From positions 1 to 26,851 of the forward strand of contig JBMCFZ010000001.1 of NCBI GenBank assembly GCA_048620055.1: a stretch of DNA of 26,851 nucleotides, given 5' to 3'. Within the stretch, counting starts at the first letter, position 1, and every line of letters begins with the position of its first letter. Below the pieces are notes generated by a model. It ran no database searches. It saw nothing but the letters and a program-made list of their open reading frames with translations, and was not told the DNA's origin. This stretch comes from an archaeon (GTDB taxonomy: Archaea; B1Sed10-29). Of this stretch, positions 8,401 to 15,263 are shown one piece after another. A program made the position numbers and the translations under genes.

Positions 8401-9956
8401 ATCTACTTGGATCAGAACTTTACCAAGTTCATTTAGACAGAGAAGCTGACATAAAATGGTTCTTAGAAGAACAACAAAACATAGATTTCTGTTATCAAAC
8501 AGACACAACCATGGAAGAAAGACCAATATTCGAATGTATACAAGCTCAAGGCTACACATTACTAGATCCAGAGGGAAGACCTATAATAGATGCACCTCAA
8601 ACAAAAGGATTCAGATGGGACAATGATAGAGAACTAATGACCATACCACAGAAAGTGATAAATACAAAACAAGAAACTGGAGAACTAATGGAGATAGAAA
8701 GAGACGAAGTAAGGATAGATGATCAAGATACTCAGGAAGCAGTACAGAAATTAACAGGAAATTCATATACCAAAGATATATTTGGGGAACTGCAGACGAT
8801 TAAAACAGAAGAAGCCGTAATATGGCACGATGGGAACACAGCAGTAGCTAGATTCACAGAACCTGTTGGAGGAGAAATAGGAAGAGGAAAAGTCTTAAGA
8901 TTCGATGATGCACACATACAAACGTATAAAGATAACCAAATAGAGATACAAAGTAATGCAGACAATGAAAAACTATTAGACCACACTTTTGAACTTGGAG
9001 AAAACGGGTTCCTAAGTTTCGAAAATGGTAAAATAGTGCCAGGAAGTGGACAACATGAATTAAATATAAATAACCAAACAGCTACTAGGGACTTTGGAGA
9101 ATGGAACCATATAATACTGTATGATTTACTGAGCTTCACCGCTGATAGAGCGGATGATTACGACATAGAAGGACTAGAATATGATGAAGATGGCAATATA
9201 GTTGGATTTGAAATGGGAGGGGACTTCCCGGATGAACATCAAGATCAGATGGATGCATTATTAGAAGAAATGGCTTTCAATGATTTAGTAGGGCCAGATG
9301 GAAGGAGAATGAGAATAGAAGACGGAGAATTAATATATGTTGATGAGACGGGAGAAGAAACAAGATCTAAAATAATAGGGTTTGAAGATGGAAAAATACA
9401 ACTAGAGGATGGTAGAGAACTAGAATTAGATAAAGGTCCTGATGGACAGCCTCAAGCACAATTCTATCGAGATGGAGAACCGGTTGGAGCACCAATACCC
9501 TTACTTAGAGCCAGTGGAGTTGGAGGAATGATGGGATACGATCCACAAACTGGAGAAATATCAATAAGTAATGAATTCCCATTCCAAATGAACCCTCAAT
9601 TCGGAGATATAGGAGCAGGAATGACTAATCCAGGAATGATGATACCTCAACAATCTGAATTTGGAGGAAGACCACCAGAACCAGGAGTAGATTTCCCAAG
9701 AGAAAGAGAACCAGGATTGATAGCAGAACTACCATCAACACCGGGAAGAGAAAGTCAATTAGGAGAATTAGATGAAGATAGTCAAGAAACAGAGATGGAA
9801 CCAAGTGAAACCTCTGATGAAGCAGAGGAAGAAAAAGAAACAGGAACAACTTTACCAATCAATAAAATAGCATTAATCCTATTCATTTTAACAATACTTG
9901 GAGGAGTACTAGCAATAAGAAAGAAAGGAAGGAAGATAAGAGTTAAGAAAAATTAA
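5421..9956 (+). CDS. Giant (1511 aa) exported, C-terminally anchored surface protein with internal Gly/Ala-rich hydrophobic segments
   Basis: Signal peptide ending PVSA-A, acidic body, hydrophobic segments near aa 301-325, 545-578, 763-808 and 852-899, Pro/Glu-rich linker, then TTLPI-NKIALILFILTILGGVLAI-RKKGRK. GAGGA SD upstream. Confidence 0.85.
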   Translation: MKMKRNWKTGCLKGISLVLTLVLTLHMLSLPVSAAPYNSNVSDEDQEEYTDEELPPLKTESISDSVEIVELDWKEVERLLDQTGNVTFDGFGDKSAYDEYKAREEAGISDTPGINNTENKFITTNEGETVMLYDLLEHRAIDPTEVPHLSHMVTTGHMSYTTLLEETTRICPEYPDETCETGHLNPQKRNELQEEINEKERAINEASEVARDVAGPMGETLESITYQMGFAEYENVTEFFEGETKDLEELKAEIGDESPLNAIQSNYSISHLQRTDSTLLFPHHLAKFTQFLESLQPGDRMYSVALGISVATSLGSVAQSMSGLKMAKKGTDAVDNLDAVTKKADKAISNIEAKMKTGDLTQDQMDVLNAKKSALKALKSKAKSADSVDDFQDSVKGTRIGGDTTKGSQASESFDDAIKNIENNKETLDSFEGLNANDEIENYQLAKRLVNAEDSKQYTSILNDIDSTEKANEVQDILKTQGGISEFNDVTKTLGGTDGDELMKALGRHDAYYGDVGQFMGTTMDTTSKKGKLLTALTDLGVSRRAIGIRALSGFRNSVSVFQGSLVVSFIPLTFFGQPKPTFELMTLSMEAEPNRVIEDKDAYLEIARATDRAYGQDFYPAGVFENLLNFFNFDLSEITGENDADIVRRKIEQNPGPGYVKVIDQETSAEQYSEKPINMIYPQRIGDGTGEKWMINSINPTMTDYQAFEHPKSYVEGNKNLFSTFTLIIKNLNLGGLTTVEEDWAEHSHDYLVDYTPTTKTMVYGSAIGGILTGIAPGGMFTGRTGTGVLKGVVATLMLKGWGSLAQEEAERMQDQKYGEVVDIGEAYKEGEPCSAKLDELESDIQDMRRWMWVTIIGNTGADITSMAITSAATATTGPFGLAVTATNIGFSIANYYYTREYQTLKTDGLEEMKECQETMFEVLALKAMPTEDKQSEDMLEQIKGDLGEGLSGIPGIESISPETSDALKNLGPTSYQNIMALSGKIEGKSLINLLGSELYQVHLDREADIKWFLEEQQNIDFCYQTDTTMEERPIFECIQAQGYTLLDPEGRPIIDAPQTKGFRWDNDRELMTIPQKVINTKQETGELMEIERDEVRIDDQDTQEAVQKLTGNSYTKDIFGELQTIKTEEAVIWHDGNTAVARFTEPVGGEIGRGKVLRFDDAHIQTYKDNQIEIQSNADNEKLLDHTFELGENGFLSFENGKIVPGSGQHELNINNQTATRDFGEWNHIILYDLLSFTADRADDYDIEGLEYDEDGNIVGFEMGGDFPDEHQDQMDALLEEMAFNDLVGPDGRRMRIEDGELIYVDETGEETRSKIIGFEDGKIQLEDGRELELDKGPDGQPQAQFYRDGEPVGAPIPLLRASGVGGMMGYDPQTGEISISNEFPFQMNPQFGDIGAGMTNPGMMIPQQSEFGGRPPEPGVDFPREREPGLIAELPSTPGRESQLGELDEDSQETEMEPSETSDEAEEEKETGTTLPINKIALILFILTILGGVLAIRKKGRKIRVKKN

Positions 9957-9966
9957 TTCTCATAAA

Positions 9967-10464
9967 CTAGTAATAGACCTTAAAAACTGCTTCACAACCA
10001 TCATCCAAATTTACTGAAGAAGTATAAGCAACGAAATTTTCTCTGAAGAATTCTTCTTCTACATCTTCTCCCTCGTATTGATAAACATAATCTGAATCTT
10101 CATTGGGATAACAATACGGAGTATCAACAGCACAACCTCCTTCGAAACAGAGGAAAGGATATCTGCTTGGAGAAGAATTGAGTACTTCTCCCCAAATATC
10201 TTCTCCATCAATATAATCAGTTATTTCATTCTCATCACCATCTTCCTCAACTCTATATCTAATATCATTCCAAAATCGGAAATTATTTACACTATGTAAA
10301 GCAACTAACGAATTCCCTGTATACTCTAAGTTATATACAGCACTTATCTGTTGATCTATACCTTGACCATATAATCCAGAGACATAAAACATTAAAGTAG
10401 ATGCAACCGCACATATGAACATGAAGAACAATGCATCCATCACGGCTCCCTGTCCCTTATTCAT
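9967..10464 (-). CDS. Prepilin-like protein with class III signal peptide (minor pilin/pseudopilin)
   Basis: MNKG|QGAVMDALFFMFICAVASTLMFYV. SD GAGGTG (10476-10471) 6 nt before ATG 10464 favours this start over the track GTG at 10473. Confidence 0.75.
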   Translation of the reverse strand: MNKGQGAVMDALFFMFICAVASTLMFYVSGLYGQGIDQQISAVYNLEYTGNSLVALHSVNNFRFWNDIRYRVEEDGDENEITDYIDGEDIWGEVLNSSPSRYPFLCFEGGCAVDTPYCYPNEDSDYVYQYEGEDVEEEFFRENFVAYTSSVNLDDGCEAVFKVYY

Positions 10465-10500
10465 TTCCAGCACCTCTTGTCAAAAATCTAAGTTTCTTAA

Positions 10501-10932
10501 TCATCTCACATCCCACACACATACTCTAAGAGTTTCTAATTCTATGTTATCTCCTTCTTTCCTTGAAACTAAATAAGAAAAGTAAAGAGATTCTTCGCCA
10601 CATCCTTTATTAGGATCATCAGAATTAAAAGGACTTCCTTCTATCTCATCTCCCCCGTAATCTGCATTGAAAGCTAAATCATTATTTCTAGCTATAGATT
10701 TTGCTTCGGGTACATCTACTAACTTTTTAGAATCATACTCTATTATAGAGTCTCCAACTATTGCTCTACTTACATCTAAACCACCTTGCATTAACCTAAC
10801 ATCTCTTTGTTTAGTGTTAAAAGTTCTCATTGCAAACGTTAATCCCGTGAAGAAAAGAGTTAAAGCTAACATTATAGCTATTAATGAAGGCAAGTCATCT
10901 CCTATTGGTCCTATAAATCCTTTATTTTTCAT
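10501..10932 (-). CDS. Prepilin-like protein with class III signal peptide
   Basis: MKNKG|FIGPIGDDLPSLIAIMLALTLFFTGLTFA, with an acidic C-terminal domain containing a Cys pair. Confidence 0.75.
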   Translation of the reverse strand: MKNKGFIGPIGDDLPSLIAIMLALTLFFTGLTFAMRTFNTKQRDVRLMQGGLDVSRAIVGDSIIEYDSKKLVDVPEAKSIARNNDLAFNADYGGDEIEGSPFNSDDPNKGCGEESLYFSYLVSRKEGDNIELETLRVCVWDVR

Positions 10933-10967
10933 AATATTTCCCTATTCATTTTTATCCATACATTAAT

Positions 10968-11468
10968 TTAATTTCTTCTTCCACCGTAGATTCTAAATAA
11001 ATTTCCTTCTTTACGTACGTATACTATACCGTAAGCAGAAGAATTCAATATTAAATTATCTTCACCATTATCATCTTCACCTAATTCTATTTCGTAGTCT
11101 TCAAACGTGAAAGATGAAGCGGCTATATAACTATCAATATCTTTACCAGGACTATGTAAATCTTCAGCAATAGCTATATAAACTTCATCGCTTGATTCTG
11201 TCCAGATATGCATAGTATAAGGTATTGACCTATCTGAATCCTCTGGAATCTCCTCAGGCATAACTACAAATCTCGTTCCTGTTTCAGCTCTTATTCCAAG
11301 CAGTGCCTGTATTGAATCTTTTACTCTTAAGACTAAGTGCTGAGAAGAATCAGCAACAGCCCTTTGTTGAACCAAACCTGTAAAAGAAAGGATAACTGCA
11401 AAAGTCATTGTTAAGAAAATCAACATCACGACTTTAGTCATTAACCACGTTGCTATCCCTCTCTTCAT
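10968..11468 (-). CDS. Prepilin-like protein with class III signal peptide
   Basis: MKRG|IATWLMTKVVMLIFLTMTFAVILSF. SD AGGTGA upstream. Confidence 0.75.
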   Translation of the reverse strand: MKRGIATWLMTKVVMLIFLTMTFAVILSFTGLVQQRAVADSSQHLVLRVKDSIQALLGIRAETGTRFVVMPEEIPEDSDRSIPYTMHIWTESSDEVYIAIAEDLHSPGKDIDSYIAASSFTFEDYEIELGEDDNGEDNLILNSSAYGIVYVRKEGNLFRIYGGRRN

Positions 11469-11490
11469 TTATTCACCTAATTATATCTTA

Positions 11491-12057
11491 TTAGTTACCA
11501 AGTCTCTTTATAACTATTCTATCACTACTCTCCTTCGTAACTTGAACTGAGAAAGTTCCTTTACCCCATCCACAATCTTCATTAGAATTAAATTCCTCAT
11601 CATAAATATCTGTATGATCATCTTCCCTACAACTTCCTATATTTTCCATATCTACGGTTATTCCTTCCGGAATATCAATGTAACTTCTTGCAGCTATGTA
11701 CCTATTTTCTCTTTGGTCAACAGATACTGCTACAGCCATTATACAGTCTCTTTTACCAATATTATCTTCACAGGCATCTGGAGGACCATCAACAAGCCTT
11801 ATAGATTCAAAACCCACATCACACCCAGGCGGAACAGAAGTATCAAGAGTTATAGCTGGAGGTCTAGTTCCTTCTCCTCCCTGGTAAGCTTGTTCCATTA
11901 CCCTACTAAGTCTATCTAAACCCGCTCTTACTTTGTGATCGTACTGTGTCGCACATACTTGTCTGTAACTGTAGAAACCAATAGTTACAACAAAAGTCAG
12001 TATAGTGACTCCTAATAAAAGTTCTACGGGCATTGATTCTTGACCTTTATTTTTCAT
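11491..12057 (-). CDS. Prepilin-like protein with class III signal peptide
   Basis: MKNKG|QESMPVELLLGVTILTFVVTIGFYSY, with a Cys-rich acidic domain. Confidence 0.78.
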   Translation of the reverse strand: MKNKGQESMPVELLLGVTILTFVVTIGFYSYRQVCATQYDHKVRAGLDRLSRVMEQAYQGGEGTRPPAITLDTSVPPGCDVGFESIRLVDGPPDACEDNIGKRDCIMAVAVSVDQRENRYIAARSYIDIPEGITVDMENIGSCREDDHTDIYDEEFNSNEDCGWGKGTFSVQVTKESSDRIVIKRLGN

Positions 12058-12079
12058 GATTTAACAAAGAATCTCTATG

Positions 12080-12088
12080 TATAAAAAA
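12080..12088 (-). promoter_or_regulatory. Putative internal TATA box for a leaderless transcript starting at ATG 12057
   Basis: Minus strand TTTTTTATA, with TTTATA 23-28 nt upstream of ATG 12057. No SD precedes that ATG. Confidence 0.45.
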
Positions 12089-12118
12089 CTGACTACCAAA
12101 TAAAGATATTAACACATT

Positions 12119-12125
12119 AAAAAAA
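12119..12125 (-). terminator. Putative oligo-T archaeal terminator after the 53-aa mini-pilin
   Basis: T7 run on the minus strand immediately after the TAA stop at 12128-12126. Confidence 0.35.
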
Positions 12126-12287
12126 TTAAAGGAAAAAGGGAGCTATTAAAGAGAGTCCGTACTCCGCGTATCTAGCTCCTTCCTGGAACATTGGCTTTAT
12201 TATAGCGAATAAAAGAATTGCAGCTATCGCTATCACTATCATTAAGTATATCGGTGTCCAGCCAACTTCTCCAGATTCATCCATCAT
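12126..12287 (-). CDS. 53-aa prepilin-like membrane peptide (not in the ORF track)
   Basis: Hand translation gives MMDESG|EVGWTPIYLMIVIAIAAILLFAIIKPMFQEGARYAEYGLSLIAPFFL*. It fills the gap in a co-oriented prepilin array, 13 nt after the stop of 12301..12726. Confidence 0.75.
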   Translation of the reverse strand: MMDESGEVGWTPIYLMIVIAIAAILLFAIIKPMFQEGARYAEYGLSLIAPFFL

Positions 12288-12300
12288 TTAAATCATTCTT

Positions 12301-12726
12301 TTAATTAATATCACATTCACTTGTCATATCATCTGTATCTGCACCTACTCCTATGTAACAAGTATCATCATCATCGCAACAAACTAAAAAGTCACTATCA
12401 CCGTCACCAGTTATCTCAAGAGTAGAACCCCAACTTCCTTCAGGATCACAGAACCCTCTATCACATCTAAACTCTACGTTTCCTCCTCCTGCTGCATCGC
12501 TGAAAGCACCACCTGTATATAAGGACCCTGATTCAAAAGGTACTTCTGGACCTCTTCTTACTACTCCTCCATCTCTAGCATCTCTGAGTAGTTCTCTAGC
12601 TTGTTGTTCAAATCCTACCGGAGTAGTGATTCCTCCTAATATTTGTAGTAATATTCCTAATATCGCTATTGCTACTACTGCTGCTATTAATAATTTGAAC
12701 GTGCTGAACTCCTGTCCTTTCATCAT
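12301..12726 (-). CDS. Prepilin-like protein, candidate major pilin
   Basis: MMKG|QEFSTFKLLIAAVVAIAILGILLQILGG, with a Gly/Asp-rich domain containing 6 Cys. The SD GAGGTGAT 6 nt upstream is the longest I noticed in the array. Confidence 0.8.
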   Translation of the reverse strand: MMKGQEFSTFKLLIAAVVAIAILGILLQILGGITTPVGFEQQARELLRDARDGGVVRRGPEVPFESGSLYTGGAFSDAAGGGNVEFRCDRGFCDPEGSWGSTLEITGDGDSDFLVCCDDDDTCYIGVGADTDDMTSECDIN

Positions 12727-12793
12727 TCATATATCACCTCGGTTTTCGTTATTATAAATATACTTGGAAAGTTTATAAATCTTTTCATAAAAT

Positions 12794-13186
12794 TCATTTA
12801 CCGCAATTTGAAGAACCAATCCAAAGACCACAGTCATTACTATTACATTCAGCTGAAAGTGAAGACTCTGCATTATACTCGATGATATCACCCGATAAAA
12901 AAGGCGCGTCACCTTCTATAGACACAGTTTTATCTTCCACGAAGTTCTCCAACATGCTTTCATGATAAGGTTGTCCTTCTTGGAAATGAACAGGATCTCT
13001 TGAGAAACAAGCATCTGGTGTTTCAGAAGCACTTCTCAAAACTGATTCAGCTGCTTCTATCCCTGTTATAGGGGGTTGAATTGAATATACGTAACTGTAG
13101 ATTATTGTTAGAAGAGCTACTGAGAAAGCTGCAGCTATAAGTAGTTTGAATATCTCTCCACTTTGACCTTTATTCATTGAAATCAT
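12794..13186 (-). CDS. Prepilin-like protein, paralog of 12301..12726
   Basis: (MIS)MNKG|QSGEIFKLLIAAAFSVALLTIIYSYV shares FKLLIAA, A..(L/V)LR.A and V.F..G..Y with the neighbour. Alternative start ATG 13177. Confidence 0.78.
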   Translation of the reverse strand: MISMNKGQSGEIFKLLIAAAFSVALLTIIYSYVYSIQPPITGIEAAESVLRSASETPDACFSRDPVHFQEGQPYHESMLENFVEDKTVSIEGDAPFLSGDIIEYNAESSLSAECNSNDCGLWIGSSNCGK

Positions 13187-13199
13187 CTTTTGTATTATC

Positions 13200-15263
13200 T
13201 TATGCCATTACCGCTGACATTTGAGTTGCCATGTAAGCTGAGATGAAGTAGAAGACTAATGCTATTGGTAGTCCCTTTGCTATATTTATTTTTAAGGCTA
13301 AGTTATTTGGTCCTTCTTCAACTCTACTTGTGAAGTAAATTAGTATTAGGGTAACTTGTACTACGTATACTCCAATTATTAGTAGGAAGAATGTTGGCCC
13401 TGGTACCGCTTCAAGTACCTCCGCTGATCCAAATATTCCTGATAGCCCTCCTATACCTACTTCTCCAGCGGCTTCTGCATCTCCTATCTGTGTGTCTCCC
13501 ATTGCTCCCAATGCATTTATAATTATTCTTTGAAGAGATGTGGTTATTCCTAGTACTAATGGACCTATAAGGTAAGCTATTGACTTCATCATAGCTGTTA
13601 TATCTTCTAGTTGTGTTCTAATTTTCTTTCTAACTTCTCCTGTATCTTTTAATTGTATTGATAGAGAAACTAAGGTTCTTGCTGCTTGTTTAGCTCCTAG
13701 TCTTGATGAATCTACAACTACTTTCATTGCTCCTTTTATTAAGTCGCTTGGAATATGTTTTAAGGAACCGTAGTTAGGATCAAAGAAGGCTTCTTCCATC
13801 GTCATTCCCATTGTTTTAAGGTTACTTACTGTTTCTTCAAATAATTTGGCTATTGGTGTGTCTCCTAGGAATTTAGCCGTGTATGAGAGAGCTTCTTCCA
13901 TAGGTCTGTTTTCTCCTAATCTGCTTGATAAAATATATATGGAATCTTTGAACCCTGTCTCCATTCTAATCATTTCTTCTTGAACCTTTCTACGATCCTT
14001 GCTCATACCGTATAAGTAAATTGATATGGCTGCTGCTATTGCTAATATTGATCCTGATAACCTGAAGAAAGGAATATATTCTTCCTCAGCAGCTGCTGCA
14101 GTTTCCATTACTGGTTCAGGGTTTAACATAGGTTCCAAAACATAGGAAAATGATAAGAAGATAGCTATAGCGATTGCTATTGATACTAACCATACCGGGA
14201 GCATTGTGTCTCCAATTTTCATGTGTCCTCTTTTCGGTAGTCCAGGATGATCTTTTGGTATATTGGGAGGAACGTAAACTGGTGGTCTTTTACTAAGGAT
14301 GTGTTTAGCGAATACGAATGTCCCTATAGGTACTAATATATTGTATAACAGTATTAAGACCCACCATTTAGCTAATGGTACATTAGCCATCATTGACCCT
14401 ATTGGTAACATTATTACTAGTATCAGGGGAAGTAGAACTCCGACGTAGTAGAGATATATACTTGGTTGTTTCATTGATTTTGCGTATTCAGTCATATCAT
14501 TTTTTATACCCTCTAAAACATTTTCCATAGCTTTATCCAGTAGTTGTCTTCTTTGAGCATCGTTTGGTTCCACTGTACTTGATCTTATCAGCATTAACCC
14601 GTGTTTGAATTCTTCACTGTATTCTCCCCATCTATAAGCTAGTTCATCCAGAGCTTCTCCCATTGTTCTGTATTTCCCTATCTCTAGATTCCATACTATG
14701 TCCTCTAAGTCCTCTGCAATTTTTCCTCTTCCATGTTCTGCTGCAAAACTCACTGCTTTCTCTAAGTTAGGAGTGAGTTTCATGGACATTACTAAGTAAT
14801 TCGTTATTTCAGGTATGTATGTAAGCGCTTCAACTCTTTGTTGTTCAGCTGCTTTTATAGGGTAGTTGTTGAAGAAGTATAATACCATTATAGGTAGTAG
14901 GACTAGTGGCATAGCTATGTATACTAATATAGTCATGCTAAGTACATTTTCTATGAATGTGAAGTAGAATAGTAGTCCAAAGGCAATTATAGTTGGTATT
15001 AGTGCCATTGTCGTGGCTTTTTTAGTAGCTGCGGCTATTTCATTGGGTGTTAATTTCCATCCTAGGAACCCTACTGCTTTTTTGTATTTTTCAGAGGTCC
15101 ATTCCCCTCCTTTTATTTTAGGATTCTCTGCAAATTTAGTGTACCAATTTTTCTTTTCTTTTTTTTCACTTGGTTTTTTGTCTTTTCCAAATCCGCCTGG
15201 ACTGTATATCCCCTCGTCTTCTGAATTGGAGTTATCTTCGTTATATCTTTCCCGCGGCGTCAC
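13200..15263 (-). CDS. Type IV pilus/T2SS F-family (TadB/TadC/FlaJ-like) platform protein with two cytoplasmic domains
   Basis: Repeated TM-pair plus helical-domain architecture, with motifs PNLEKAVSFAAEHGRGKIAEDL and RLGENRPMEEAL. Lies directly downstream of and overlaps the ATPase. SD AGGAGG (15276-15271) supports GTG 15263 over the track start 15284. Confidence 0.88.
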   Translation of the reverse strand: MTPRERYNEDNSNSEDEGIYSPGGFGKDKKPSEKKEKKNWYTKFAENPKIKGGEWTSEKYKKAVGFLGWKLTPNEIAAATKKATTMALIPTIIAFGLLFYFTFIENVLSMTILVYIAMPLVLLPIMVLYFFNNYPIKAAEQQRVEALTYIPEITNYLVMSMKLTPNLEKAVSFAAEHGRGKIAEDLEDIVWNLEIGKYRTMGEALDELAYRWGEYSEEFKHGLMLIRSSTVEPNDAQRRQLLDKAMENVLEGIKNDMTEYAKSMKQPSIYLYYVGVLLPLILVIMLPIGSMMANVPLAKWWVLILLYNILVPIGTFVFAKHILSKRPPVYVPPNIPKDHPGLPKRGHMKIGDTMLPVWLVSIAIAIAIFLSFSYVLEPMLNPEPVMETAAAAEEEYIPFFRLSGSILAIAAAISIYLYGMSKDRRKVQEEMIRMETGFKDSIYILSSRLGENRPMEEALSYTAKFLGDTPIAKLFEETVSNLKTMGMTMEEAFFDPNYGSLKHIPSDLIKGAMKVVVDSSRLGAKQAARTLVSLSIQLKDTGEVRKKIRTQLEDITAMMKSIAYLIGPLVLGITTSLQRIIINALGAMGDTQIGDAEAAGEVGIGGLSGIFGSAEVLEAVPGPTFFLLIIGVYVVQVTLILIYFTSRVEEGPNNLALKINIAKGLPIALVFYFISAYMATQMSAVMA

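Noticed and set aside
5421-9956. Fusexin/HAP2-like class II fusogen identity for the 1511-aa protein
   Set aside because: The hydrophobic region appears alpha-helical and lacks the beta-rich, multi-disulfide pattern of fusexins. No motif support.
12727-12912. 61-aa minus-strand ORF
   Set aside because: Overlaps the pilin 12794..13186 in another frame and covers the SD of the next gene. No family features.
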